DNA of 64,000 bases from NCBI GenBank assembly GCA_964016885.1, contig OZ024741.1:317006001-317070000 (forward strand), read 5' to 3'. The notes under the pieces are model-generated. The model was not told where the DNA came from and ran no database searches. It saw nothing but the letters and a program-made list of their open reading frames with translations. Both the position numbers and the translations under genes were made by a program. The stretch comes from Eledone cirrhosa (Eukaryota). Shown here piece by piece: positions 31,082-44,902 of the stretch (position 1 is the first letter of the stretch; each line of letters starts with the position of its first letter).

Positions 31082-31087
<6 letters not shown>
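30906..31087 (+). mobile_element. Miniature fold-back element, family G (diverged), bracketed by an 80-bp direct repeat (30810-30890 / 31130-31213)
   Basis: atgaaaaattcgggac..gtcccgaatttttcat plus family tail. Confidence 0.75.
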
Positions 31088-31132
<45 letters not shown>

Positions 31133-31210
31133 TACTGTTGGCTTCTTGCTCACAGTGTTATATTATGGAATACTCTTGGCTTCTTGCCCACAATAATGTC
31201 TATACTTTTC

Positions 31211-31256
<46 letters not shown>

Positions 31257-31262
<6 letters not shown>

Positions 31263-31950
31263 CCGCAGAATGTGTTCCTGGATTCTCAGAACTTTCCAGT
31301 CGAGAGATATCCACACCGTTGTCCTTCTCTTCTCCACTTTTGCCCGACCCCACCTTGAATACTGTTGTCCACTGTGGTCACCCCACACGAAACAAAGTAT
31401 CATGAAAGTTGAAGCACCCCAAAGGTCAATTACAAAAAAGATAGTTGGCATCTCAGGCCTTGACTATTGGGGTCGATTAGAAAAGCTCAAACTTTATTCT
31501 CGTCAACGTCGCCGTGAGCGCTACATTATCTGTATGATGTGGAAAATATTCCACCAGCTTAGCCCAAATGATGTTGGCATCATCTTTAGTGTATACCCAA
31601 GGCTTGGGCCCCGTGCTATCCTCCCAGGACAAAAATCCCACTCGCATCACATAACAACAATACGGCACAATTATTTCACCTCAATTGGCCCTGCACTCTT
31701 TAACATTACACCAAAACACATCAAAGCAGAGACAGACCTCATCAAGTTCAAGAAGTCTTAGGATAAATTCCTTCAAGAAATCCCGGATAAGCCTCCTACA
31801 CCCGGATATGCCTCCGTAAACAATAACTCTCTACTCGAGTGGGCCATGATGCACAAACACTGATTTGTAGGACTTCGCCAGGTGGTGCTATTAAGTTAGA
31901 CATGGCCTGGGCCAATACTGGCCGAAACCTATCAAAGTTATCAAAGTTAT
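31257..31950 (+). mobile_element. CR1-group LINE 3' fragment
   Basis: ARRMCSWILRTFQSRD...RPHLEYCCPLWSPH...LKLYSRQRRRERY...GPALFN...FKKSL; tatcaaagt x2 tail. Confidence 0.88.
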
Positions 31951-32365
31951 ATATATATATATATATAGTGAGAGTGAGAGAGAAGGGAAGAGCAGAGAAT
32001 AAAATCGAACTTCTATATTCCATTGGTTCTTTAATCGATCGATCCACGACCAACCCCAGAAGGATGAAATTAGAAGTTTTTTCGTTTTCTTTTTTTAACC
32101 CGGCTGGATTTGAACGCGGGACTTAATTATTCGGGCAGCTAACGTATAGTTCGAGTGTTCGACTGTGTAGGGGTTGTCGGTGTTGTTGTTGTTGTTGTTG
32201 TTGTTTAGTCCCCATCCTCACGTCAATCCTGATCCAGCAGATAATCAGTGAACAGCCTTTTGGCGAAGGCAGAATGGCTATAGCTGAAATGGCTTCGATC
32301 ATATGGCAGCTGGATGAGTCAAACAAGTACAACAACAAATATAACGACAACAAGTAACAATAATT

Positions 32366-32835
32366 GTTTCTATTTTGGCACAAGGCCACCAGTTATCCCA
32401 GTGCATTACTGGTGTTTTATTTTATCGAGCCCGTAAGGATAAAAGGCAAAGTTAACCTCGGCAGTATTTGAACTCAGACGGTAAAGGGCCGTAAATCTAT
32501 GCTGCAAAGCTTGGCGTCCGACCCCCTACCGATACTTCCAATCCACTAGCCTTTGGGAAAAGATTCCCAAATGTTTCCCTAAAACCTAAATTTCGTTGTC
32601 ATTATAGCAAGTAACAACAATGGTTTCTTATATAGGCACAAGGTCAGTAATTTTGGAGGGAAGGGAAAGTCGATTAAATCGACACCATTGCGTGACTGGT
32701 ACTTTATTTTATCGACCCCCATAAGGTTGAAAGGCAAAGTTAACCTCGGCGGGATTTGAACTCAGATCATAAAGAGCCGTAACTCTATGCTGCAAAGCTT
32801 GGCGTCCGACCCCCTACCGATACTGCCAATCCACT
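32366..32835 (-). mobile_element. Two tandem SINEs, family A (32622-32835 long, 32366-32547 short)
   Basis: Reverse complements of the 16047-16470 copies; further fragments at 32000-32125 and 33030-33110. Confidence 0.88.
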
Positions 32836-33512
32836 AGCCTTTGGGAAAAGATTCCCAAATTTTTCCCCAAAACCTAAATGTTGTTGTTGTCATTATAGGA
32901 AGTAACAATAATGAAAACAAGCTCACCTAGGTTTGGGGGAAACATTTGGGAATCTTTTTCATCTTCGGTTTCAAATCATTGTCACTACTTGGTCTGACGT
33001 CGTTTCTGGGGTTTATAGATAAAGTACCTGTCCAGGTCCTTAGTTCAAATTCCACCGAGGCTAACTTTGTCTTTCATCATTTCTGTGTTCGATAAATAAA
33101 ATACCTATGCAGATAGTAACTTGATTATTGTAAGTATTAGAGCACCACATGGGATGGCTTGCTCAAAGTTCATGTCCTGTCGTGGTCAATTTAGGTGTGG
33201 ATAGGGACTGACACCATCACCACCACTACATGGTCTTTAGGGGCTTTTACTGAGGACTACTCTGTTGCAAGCAATAGGACTGTATCACCAGTTTACACAT
33301 ACATTGTTTCCTTCCTTCCTTTTTCTCTTCTTCTCTACCTCCTTTTCTCCGTTCTCCCCTCAAATGTCAGAGGCCCTGAAAATAGTTCAAGGGGGTAGGG
33401 TGTTGAGAATAGGGCTTCTGTTCCACCTTTCATCCCCCACCAGACTGCGTGGATAAAAAATAAAGTTTAGAGATGATTTTCGCCGAAAGAATAATTGTAA
33501 TAACAACAACAG

Positions 33513-33604
<92 letters not shown>

Positions 33605-34208
33605 ACTACTTCTGCTACTACTACTACTACAACAACAACAGTAACAACAAATTACAAAACAGCAATAGTGACACAACAACACAGATAGTAGTGGTAAGTA
33701 CAGCCGCACTGTAGTGACCACGCAGCACCAGCAACAACAGCAGCCACAACAATAGCAGCAGTAGTAGTAGTAGTAGTAGTAGTAGCGATCGCACATTAAC
33801 ACCAGCTACAGTGCATCAGTATCAGCAGCAACAGCAGCAGCTGCAGTAGCAACAGCAGCAGTAGCAACAGCAACATCAGCAGCTGCAGTAGCAACAACTC
33901 AGCAACAGTGATACAGGCAACAACAGCAGCAGTACTGACAGATCAGTTGACAAAAGCAACAGAGAGAGAGAGAGCGAAGGGGGAGGAGTAAGAGGAAGCT
34001 TATGCTGATTGGTTGACTTCTGTGTCACATATCGATCATGTGGTGTTGGTGGGAGTTGAGTGGGAGTTGAGTGGGAGACGGAGTGGGAGTTAGAATGGCA
34101 AGGGAGGGAATTCATGTTGGGTCAAAGCAATGGATAATGGAGAACGCAGAGATAGATGTGTGTGTAAATGTATACATGTGTATACGCGTGTGTAGTGTAG
34201 ATGTGTGC

Positions 34209-34330
<122 letters not shown>

Positions 34331-34381
34331 AGCTGTGTGAAAGTGTATGTGCGCATAGTATATTGTTGTGTGGTAGTGTAG

Positions 34382-34442
<61 letters not shown>

Positions 34443-34817
34443 GCTGTGTGAAAGTGTATGTGCGCATGGTGTATTATTGTAAATACTTATGGCTGTTAGT
34501 AAACGTATGGTCATATGTGTCGGTGTGTTCTGTATGTACGTGTGTGTGTGTCTTTGTGGAAGTGTGTATATGTGTGTACGGTGTAGTATATAATTATGGT
34601 TGTGAGTATATTTGTGGCTATATGTGTATGGATGTGTGTATATAGCAATATGAAAGTCTGTGTGTTTTATGTACTTAGAGCTGTTTTTGTGTGTGTGAGG
34701 ACGTAGGTGAGTTATGTTGCCGTGTGCCTCTTCCAGTACCTGTGCTACAAATTATAGTGCGTATATATACTTATACAAGCAGTCGCTTACATAGGTACGC
34801 ACGCACAGATATACGCG

Positions 34818-34860
<43 letters not shown>

Positions 34861-34864
<4 letters not shown>

Positions 34865-35070
34865 AACGAGTAGGACCCCGACGGCTGAGCTCAAGCCGTT
34901 TCGACGGCTAATTCTGGACTAAAATTTTTAGTCCAGAATTAGCCGTCGAAACGGCTTGAGCTCAGCCGTCGGGATCCTACTTGTTCCTATTACCCACTCT
35001 ACAACCCTAAGTATTGAGTACTTTGGTGCGTTATGGTCCACCTGGTTCCTTACCACATTTCCTTCGTTAT
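34861..35070 (+). mobile_element. Miniature fold-back element, family G, near-perfect 129-bp palindrome
   Basis: taggaac..gactaaaa t ttttagtc..gttccta followed by family tail. Confidence 0.85.
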
Positions 35071-35118
35071 ATATATATATATAATATAAGATCAAAAGAT
35101 GGTTAAAAGAGTTCCAAG

Positions 35119-35189
35119 TATTTTATTATGCGCATTTCAAACACAAATATCATCAAGGGATGATATCTGCGTTTTCATCAGATAAAATA
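35119..35189 (-). ncRNA. Type I hammerhead ribozyme, intact core
   Basis: tattttat CTGATGA aaacgcagatatcatc-cctt-gatgatatttgtgttt GAAA T-GCGC-A TA ataaaata. Confidence 0.92.
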
Positions 35190-36314
35190 GGGATACATGA
35201 TATGAAGATTAAAAAACACTTTTGAATAGTGAAGTTTTAAATCCACATATGAAAAATAATTTAAGAATGATGTGTGATATTGGGAAAAAGTGAGTGGGGG
35301 TTGGAAAGGGTAAGGAAGAGGAGGAGATGAGAGTAAAGAATGGTGGGGGAGGAGTATAAGAAGGAAGGATGAGAGAGGAGGAGAGATGGGTGATAGAGAG
35401 AGAGATATAGCTTTTACAACTGAGAAAAATATATATTGTCTGGAAGATAATAGATAATTTAAAAGAATTTGAAATTAAAAGTTGATGAAGAGAAAAGGGG
35501 TTTAAGAATAATATTAAATTAATTGTATATTGAAGGGTTTAATAATATGTGCGAGGAAAAGAAATTGTTAATATGTATTATTAAAATAAAAATATTAATG
35601 TTATTAAGGATATAATGTGAAAAGAAGTAGAAGAGTGGATGAGTTATGAATTTAGAGGAATTAGTTTGTGTTTAAGTTTGTTTTTATGTAATGTAATATG
35701 TGTGCGTAATATATGTAAATAGTTCGTTTAAAAATGAGCGCAGAAAGCAAAGAAAAGAATATTTAAGGAAGAAAATATCTAACATCAAAATATATGTTTA
35801 CGAAATATTTTCTAATGGTAATAATATAATATATTAAAGGAAATTAGTTAGGGTTTAAGTTTGTTTTTATGTATTGTAATATGTAATATGTAAAAGTCAA
35901 ACGAACATGAAAGGAAGCGATAAGGAACTTAAGGAAGAAAAATCTAACGTCAAAAAATGTTTATGTTTACGAAGGACTATTAAAGGTAATACTATAATGT
36001 ATTTAAAAGATAATAATAATTTTTATGGCCAATGATATGAAGAAATATGGAAGAGTGGATATGTTGTGGTGAGTAATAATAAGAATTGAGAAGTAGTTAG
36101 GAAGAAAAAGTACAGATTAGAGGTTAGAAATTAAAAAGAAAAAAAGAAAAGAGGAAGAAAGGAAAGTGATAAAGAGGAATGATATAGAATGAGTAACTTG
36201 TATTATATAATATATAATAAATAATATTGAAATAAGGTAGAAAGATGGGTATATTTAAAAAAATATATATAAGCCTTTGCGAAAAAGGATTTTAAACTAG
36301 TAAAGTATTAGATA

Positions 36315-37190
36315 TTAGCTGTATACTTTATGGAATGTTCTGTGGAATTTATGCAAGCAGAGAGAAAATAAATCAGTGCGTCTATTTATTATAGAATCTA
36401 AATTAGATATAATGGTAAATTTCTCAGATAGGCAAAGATTACACGTTCTGGATAGGGAGGCATTCAAGTAGGGAGAGGCAGAACAAATTTTCCTCCAAGA
36501 AATGTTGTAGTTAATATTTTTGTCTTTCAAGGACCATATGAGTTCTGAGAGTGCCGTGTTAGTTCTTTTAAGTTGGTATTTAAAAGACGAATTGTGATTA
36601 TAAAATCTATCTTTGAAGGAGGTGGAAGTGGAACCGAAATAGGTAAAGGAATTGGTATCAGTTATAACCTTACATTCATAGACTAAGTTTTTATCAAGAC
36701 AATGGTTATTGAGAGGACATTTAGTTTTAACAGGGCAATTACAATTGCGATTAGAGAAATTAACAGAGTTATTAACAAGTGACCTAGTGTTATTTATAGG
36801 AGGAATTGGATTGGAGAAGTTATTTACGATAGGAATAATAGTTTCCTGATTTAGATTGGTATTATGAACATTCAACGAAGTTACGTTTGACGTCGTATTT
36901 GAGTTTGCAGAATCTATCCTAGAGTTAACAATGACGTCGGGAGTACTACTGCTATTATTATGACACTCAGTGTTGGAAGGATGTGATTTAATATTGAATA
37001 TTTTATTGTTGTGTTTAGAGATAATGTTAGAGATGTTGGAGGAGGTGGAATAGGAAAATTTTATTGTATGTTTGTTAAAGATTTTACTATAGATATGTAA
37101 GGGAGGGAAGCATTTATCTAAGGCCCTAAAGAATAGTTTAGGAATATTATTATTAATAGAAATAGAGAAAGGAGCATTATACCAGATCAT
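36315..37190 (-). pseudogene. PLE linker plus GIY-YIG endonuclease (291-aa open stretch)
   Basis: IWYNAPFS...IFNKHTIKFSYS...NCNCPVKTKCPLNNHCLDKNLVYEC...YFGSTSTSFKDRFYNH...CNLCLSEK...CLHK. Confidence 0.93.
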
Positions 37191-37427
37191 ATTTTTGTAT
37201 CTAGGTCTTTTATTTAAGTTATTGGAATGATCATAATTAATTATTTTACTGTAAGACCTTCTAGGATTGGTTTCTTTACTGTATTTAATTTTATCAGGAT
37301 AACCGGCTTTAGAAAGCGCATTATTATATTATTTATACTCCAGTCCTACAAACTGTAGAGTGCTACTTATCCGATATTTGCATTGCTTTATTGTGCTACA
37401 ATAAAACTCACCTCCTACACACACATA

Positions 37428-38200
37428 TATATATATATGCAGAGGTTATATTTAATTTGTTGGGATTCAACAAGCTTAAACATTTTTATAACTGATATAA
37501 AGCACTCAACAGTTTGAGGAGTAAATTTAAATAAATCGTTATCTTTTCAACTTTTCGGACACTTATTTGCATACTCACTCATAACTTTGTATCACCCTCA
37601 ATAAATGTACTATCTCCACTATCCAGGAAGCTCCAACCGTTAAGGTTGTCTTTTTTCCGGGTATATCAATATTTATTTATAAAACAAATCTGTATTTTGA
37701 GTTATGTTGCCGTGTGCCTCTTCCAGTACCTGTGCTACAAATTATAGTGCGTATATATACTTATACAAGCAGTCGCTTACATAGGTACGCACGCACAGAT
37801 ATACGCGTATATATATATATATATATAATATATATATATGCAGAGGTTATATTTAATTTGTTGGAATTCAACAAACTTAAACATTTTTATAACTGATATA
37901 AAGCACTCAACGGTTGGTGGAGTAAATTTAAATAAACCGTTATCTTTTCAACCTTTCGGACACTCATTTGCATACTCACTCATAACTTTGTATCACCCTC
38001 AATAAATGTACTATCTCCACTATCCAGGAAGCTCCAACCGTTAAGGTTGTCTTTTTCCGGGTATGTCAATATTTATTTATAAAACAAATCTGTATTTTAT
38101 CTGATGAAAGCGCACCATAATTTGCCTTGGTTGCCCTTGAAATATGTATAATAAAATAAATATGGTTTTATAAATATAGTTTCCATTTATTAATATATTG
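37428..38200 (+). mobile_element. Partial tandem duplication of a PLE terminal repeat (37428-37698 / 37830-38200) ending in HHR 38093-38158
   Basis: tattttat CTGATGA aagcgcacc..ggttgccctt GAAA T-ATGT-A TA ataaaata. Confidence 0.82.
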
Positions 38201-38225
38201 TATATATACATATATATATATATAC

Positions 38226-38330
<105 letters not shown>

Positions 38331-38337
38331 TATATAC

Positions 38338-38382
<45 letters not shown>

Positions 38383-38383
38383 C

Positions 38384-38414
<31 letters not shown>

Positions 38415-38449
38415 ATGTATAAACATATTTATATATATATGTTTGTTGT

Positions 38450-38738
38450 TGTGGTTTTATTATTTATTTATAAATTTTGACCAATAGAGTTTCGGTTTTT
38501 AACCTAGACACAAGACGCTTTCATTTGAATTTAGGACTACATCAACTAAGTAAATACGTATGAATGACTGTGCGCGCGCGCGCGTGCGTGTATGTGTGTG
38601 TGTGTGTGTGTAAGTGTGTGTAAGTGTGTGTGTGTATGTGTGCAGTTATGGATGTTATTGTATGTGTGGATATACATATTTTGAGTTATATGCTTACACT
38701 TGTTCAGGTTTCTGTTTCTATGCATGTGTACATATACA

Positions 38739-38811
<73 letters not shown>

Positions 38812-41426
38812 ATAGATATAGATATAGATATATATATGGATATATATATATATTTATATATATATATATGCAGCTATTATATGCAGAATTTCTTTAAAGT
38901 TTTACATATTTTTACATTTCCATTAATGGACTGTACTTGCAACTTCCTAACTAGCCATGCCCTTTCTGGTTCTGTGAAACCCAGTTTCACAAGATTTATA
39001 CTGAAGTAATTAGTAATGTATCCAAGAGCTCCACTTATCACAAGTACAAATCTAAAGGAATTGTCAGGGTGGAGTATCTGCGGATTCGTCATTAGTTAAC
39101 CATAAATGTTCTCCTTTTCACTGATATTTATCATTATATTGACATCTGCTGGGCAGCTGGCTTCCACTACTGTGCATGCCTTCTTTTCTCCATCCCATAT
39201 AACTATATCTGGGCTGATCATTTTGTATTTTATTGGGGTTTTGAATCGAACATTCCACCAGAACTCTTTGATATTATGTCCTCCACATCCCTATGACTTT
39301 TTATACGTTTATTCTCAGGGTAATCCTTTCCACGGATTCCGTTGTGTAGTGTTTTAGCTACTACATCATGCTTCAAAGGTGACTTCTTTGGACAGCTGCT
39401 TATGGTGTGGGTGACATCTTCGATGTTTATTCCTCAGAGTCTGCATCTGTTGTCACATCTAGGTGTTTTACCTGTATCCCTATATGTTTTGTTAAGCAGG
39501 TATTTTGTTATTTCCTGTTCTTGGATTACTAAAGCATATCTTTCAAAGTAAGAACCAATATAGCGGTTGTTAGTCAATGATAGACTACTTTGGAGCTTCC
39601 TGGCAATATAGCCATACATACTTTTTTACTGATAAGTATGCAGTTTTTTTCATCCATGGTTTCATTGCGGTATTGCTGTGCAATTTCTATGAGTGTTAAT
39701 TTTTATTATGCAAGGAGTGTTTTCAACTCTCATGATGTTATCTAACTCGTGTAGACAGACTTGTTCAATAGATGGGATCCTACGCTTGGTAGTTCGTAGA
39801 TGTTGTCGGAGGGATATGATGCGAGACTCAAATGTTGTCTGGACTGATGTTTAGCCTCTGCCTCTCAGTTTACCTTTGAGGTAGAATCAGTCTATGTCAC
39901 TGTTGATATGGAAATTCCGGTGTTAGGATTTTAACATTGATGGCTTAGATTTCATCAAGCGCCCAATCAAGTATACCAAATGTTGGTGTCAGGACAGGCA
40001 CTGCAAACACATTGTGGGCCACTGATTTATTGTACGCAGAGAGTTCAGAAGACCTTAGTATTCTTATTCGAATGTTATATTTCCTGGTTATGTGTTCCTT
40101 GTGACAAATACCATCATAGGATACATTTTCATCTATCCCTACGTATCTGTAGAAGTTCCCGTCGGTTACCAGTGAAACAATCAGGCTATTCATAGAAATG
40201 TTGCTAGATTGGTTCATAGTTTCTCCCCGCGTTACAATTATCCATGAAAATTTATCCTGGCCAAATTCCATTCCTATACCTTTTGAGAACATCGTTAGCA
40301 AACCAAGGTTTTTCTTCATCCCATTGACGTTCTTGGCATAGAGTTTCAGGTCATCCATAAAGAAGTTAGAGATTAGGTTTGTATTCCTGTCTTCCTGTGA
40401 ACCAATTATGTAGACTCCGTATTTCTTTATTAGAAAGGACAACTATTTTAATGACAGTATAAATAGTAACACAGAGAGACTGTCTCCTTGAAATATACCC
40501 CTGTGGTAGTCTATTTTATCAGTGACAATATGGTTTCCTTGGTATCTCAGACTTTAGCAAGACGAAGAGCCTAGCATTCGGGAGTAGGCGACACAATCGA
40601 AAGCTTTCTTGTGGTCCAGCCAGACTGCAACTAAATTCCGCCTATATTGCCACACCTCTTACATCGCGTTTTCGTTAATTAGGAGTTGCTCAACACACAT
40701 CCAAGCTCCTTTCTTCTCATCTGTTTGTTCATCTATTATTGTCACATTGATCCCGGAAGAATAGGTTCAGACAGGCTGTATACATTTCATACATTAGGTT
40801 CTGTCATGTGATAGGTTGGTAGTATTTTGCCATGTGGGTTTCTTTGTTTATGGGAATCAATATTGTTTCTGCTAATGTCAACCAGCTTATTATATATACA
40901 TCTCCCGTGAAAGCTTCCTGGTAGAGGTTGATAAGGTACATCCGATAGAAAATCAGTTTTTTGTACCAGTAGCTGACAATTAAGACTCTTCCTGGGGCTT
41001 TCTTGTCTTGAACTTTTTCTATCACAGTTTCAAGGGTATCATCATTGTGTTTTTGGCCTCCTGTGAATCAATCACATATCCTTCATATTTCCTCGGCATA
41101 AAGGAGAAGTGTTTATTGACAACATAAGTAGCATCACAGAGAGACTGTCTCCATGAAATATACCCCAGCAATATTCTATTTTATCAGTGAAAAATAGAGT
41201 TCTCCTTCTCTGTATTTAACTTTAGGATAGTAGCCCAAGAAGAAGATAGGTTCTCTATGGCTCTGATAATGATGTCTTGGACTTTAGAAAATTGGAGGGT
41301 CCCCATTTCTTTCTTCCCAGCTGCTTGGTCATCTGGGATGATATTATTGTCACCGGGATCCTGGAGAAATAAGTTCAGGTAGTCTGTGTACATTTTATAC
41401 ATTAGGTTCTGGCATGTAATGGGTCG

Positions 41427-41458
<32 letters not shown>

Positions 41459-42900
41459 GTCAAATGGGTGTCTTTGTTCTTGGGGACCAATATTGTTTTT
41501 GCTAATGTCAACCACCCTGGTATATGTGCATCTCCTTTGAGAGCTTTCTGGTAGAGGTTGATAAGATATCCGATAGAAAATCAGTTTTTTTGTACCAATA
41601 GCCGACAATCAAATCTCTTCCTGGTGCTTTCTTACCTTAGAGGTTTCCTATCACAGTCTCAAGGGTATCATCATTGATGCTGTATGTTTTTTTTTTTTGT
41701 AATGCAGGTGTAATAGTTCGCTTGTAATATGTTTGGTTTCCGCTGAATCTTTTAATAATTATTTTTCTTTCAACCACCCTCTTCTGGAATCGAAGTTTCT
41801 CGTTAACAGCTCTCAATTCTTGTTTGGAGAGTGATCAACTTGTATTGAAGAGTTCTGCTTCTACTGTCTCCAAGCATCTTTTCTATTTTATTTTTCACTA
41901 TTTGTTGGTGGAGAGTGTCATTTTTTTTTATTTTTTTTTTTGCATGTGAAGCGCCTTCACACATCCTATAGTTTTCCATAGGTCAGCAATGTTTTTTTCT
42001 ATTTTTGTAATATATGATTGTAATTTTTGTGATGTTCTGTTTCTGTTAACAACTCTGTTATCATCAAGAAGCTTTTAGGGCATATAGGCAGATGTTGATT
42101 TGCCAAAATGAAGGGGCTTTAAATTGTTATATATATTCCCTCCCAATTTCGAGTATAGCACGTATAATTTCATTATTTTGTTTCTTGTTTATTGCTTTTT
42201 GTTTTCAGTTGTTCTGCAATAAACATATTCACACATGAATTATTTCTCTCTGGAAAGTTTCGCTGGGGGTATATTTTAACTGTTTATACTATTGACTTTT
42301 CCAGCTAATGGCAGACGTATTATCTTTGACATTGTTTTGATGTTGATGATCAACAAAGATTCAAAATACCATAGCAGTCAAGGTAAAATCAGTTGATACA
42401 CCGATATGGCTGTTTCAAGGAACTGTTTGTGTGTTGCTGTTGTTTGTTGATGATCGACCTGGCTGCGAGAAAGCTTAGTAACATGACCGCCTGTTGCACG
42501 TGTTGTTCGCATGTTTGATCAGGGAGACAGGTCACTTAGTGTTGTTATTTGTTGAGGTTTGGTACTTTCATTATTATTTTGAACAATGTTTATGTTATTT
42601 TTATGGTCGACGAACGTTCCTTGTTGACGTAGTTGTTTGGCTGTGAAGTGATTCAGTTCTGGATGTATTTCGTCCCAGTATAGCTTCATTCTGTTCATAT
42701 AGACATTAGAGGGTCTTTTTTGCCATTTCATAACAATTAAAGAAATGGTTATAAAGTTCGAAATTCCAAAAAAAAAAAAATGCGATTTATAGTTTCGGTT
42801 CTTTCTGTGACTACAACTAAAAAGATTCTGTTTACCTTTCTCCACTAATGTTGTTGATGTTGATGTTGTGTTCAGCCAAGCTGTTTGTAGCAAATCCTTG
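38450..42900 (-). mobile_element. R4/Dong-like LINE (RT plus restriction-like endonuclease), decayed, with internally duplicated RT segment (about 41110-41640)
   Basis: IFQGDSLS, FFMDDLKLYA, YRYVGIDE, QEQEITKYL, CRL(C)..EDVTHTISSCPK, PDIVIWD. Confidence 0.85.
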
Positions 42901-43139
42901 TGAAATGAATTTAATATTTAGACAGATATCTTTACGATTTCGAATAAATGATGTCTGCGATGAATATAATTAGAAGAATATCCAGTTATCCAATACGGAT
43001 GATATCTGTCGCATTACTGTCAGATATAGTATTCATCTTAAATTTAATGAATAGTCTTCTACGCCATATATGCGACTGCTCATGTCGAAGGTCGTAATGT
43101 ATTTATGTAAGTACGTAGGTATTTTTATCATTACTTTTT

Positions 43140-43478
43140 TTTTTAGCGAGAGACTCCTAATCTTCATTAATATCTCTCTCTAGGTGAAGGTCACTCTGAT
43201 ATAAAACCTGCGACTTCGTTTGCATCCAATGATGTAGACCAGTTCTACTTTTTGGGTAAATTCACTCGATGTTCAGAGAGTGGGTTTGGCCCCGTGCAAA
43301 GCCTTTCTTCACTTAAACAAGTTTCAAGCACAGGCCTGCTTGATATGTGACATTTTTTGCGATACATGGTATTGCTGGCCATAAGCAAGTCCCTAGCAGA
43401 ACTAAAAAGCCACGTCCGTATTCTCATGCTTAAGTATCAAGCAATGGAATTACTCGAAATCGAGTTGCAGCCATCATG
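43140..43478 (+). mobile_element. RTE 3'-end fragment with (TATG)n tail
   Basis: KSLAELKSHVR; ends ttactcgaaatcgagttgcagcca. Confidence 0.75.
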
Positions 43479-43842
43479 TATGTATGTATGTATGTATGTA
43501 TGTATGTATGTATGTATGTATGTATGTATGTATGTATGTATGTATGTATGTATGTATGTATGTATGTATGTGTATGTATGTGCGTATGTATGTATTGGGG
43601 AAAGTTAGGATTGCAAGGAAGGTAGCATGGGTCTCTGAGATCCACAGGGTCTAGAATGATGAACAAGGTGAGACCAAAAGCTCTGCGGGGTTTTGAAAAT
43701 ATGTTTACAAGATTCCGCACCTTATTTAAAGTATGAGCAAAATGTCTAAATTCTTCTACGTAACTCACGTATAGGTTCAAGTCTGGACAGTGATACTTAA
43801 CATAGTGTGTATGTGTGTGGGTGTGAGTGGGTGTGTGTGGGT

Positions 43843-43873
<31 letters not shown>

Positions 43874-43974
43874 TCATAGCATCGAATAAAATGCTTGGCA
43901 GCATTCGGTCAGGCTATCTTTGCTCTAAGTTTATATCCCACTCGCGTCAACTTCTATCGGTCACCCCCCCCCCG

Positions 43975-44005
<31 letters not shown>

Positions 44006-44215
44006 TTCTCCCTCTCACTTTAGCCCATTTCTTTTTTCTCTCTATTTCTCTCTCTTTCTCTCTGACCAGACCCGAAGAGAGATGATGACGGACTTTACCA
44101 GGTTTTAAATGCGCAAGAAATGGTATGTCATGATGGCGTCCCAAGCACTCAATGAAGACTTATGATATACAGTAATAACATGTGAGTGTAGTGTGTGGTG
44201 TATGTAAGAGAGAGA

Positions 44216-44264
<49 letters not shown>

Positions 44265-44509
44265 ATATGCAATGTTTATAGAGTTTCATTGACTCAGTGC
44301 TCGTGGGTGTATGAAAGTCTGTGTGTCTTTGAGTGCAGGCCTGATTATGAAAGTGAGTTGGTGTGCGGGTGAATGATTTACCCATGTGTTTCACTGTATG
44401 TGTGCATGAACAAACATGTTTTAATGAAAAATGAAAAGTATTGTGTACAGTACTTAGTACGTATGTTTATACACATATGTATGTATATATGTATGTATAT
44501 ATGTATGTA

Positions 44510-44632
44510 TGTTATCTCTTTCTCTTAATTTCGAGTATATCTTTTGGACCAGCCACCTTCCTGGTGGCAAGGTTGTAAAACAAAAGAAATTGTCATCCCT
44601 TGAATCGTAAGAATGTTTTGCAAATTTTGAAT
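44510..44632 (-). mobile_element. 3' terminus of the R4-like family also seen at 57735-58205
   Basis: tctcttaatttcgagta..accttcctggtggcaaggttgtaaaa shared. Confidence 0.65.
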
Positions 44633-44645
44633 GTATGCATGTATG

Positions 44646-44679
<34 letters not shown>

Positions 44680-44713
44680 TGTATGTATGTATGTATGTAT
44701 GTATGTATGCATG

Positions 44714-44745
<32 letters not shown>

Positions 44746-44902
44746 TGTATGTATGTATGTATGTATGTATGTATGTATGTATGTATGTATGTATGCATGT
44801 ATATATGTATGTAATGCATGTATGTATGTATGTATGCATGTATATATGTATGTATACATATATATACATACACATATATATACATATACATATATATATA
44901 TC

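Larger units (their letters stand above)
35085..37330 (-). mobile_element. 5'-truncated PLE with GIY-YIG ORF, 1.2-kb 3' UTR and terminal HHR
   Basis: ORF 36315-37190; colinear with 4380-6225. Confidence 0.92.
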
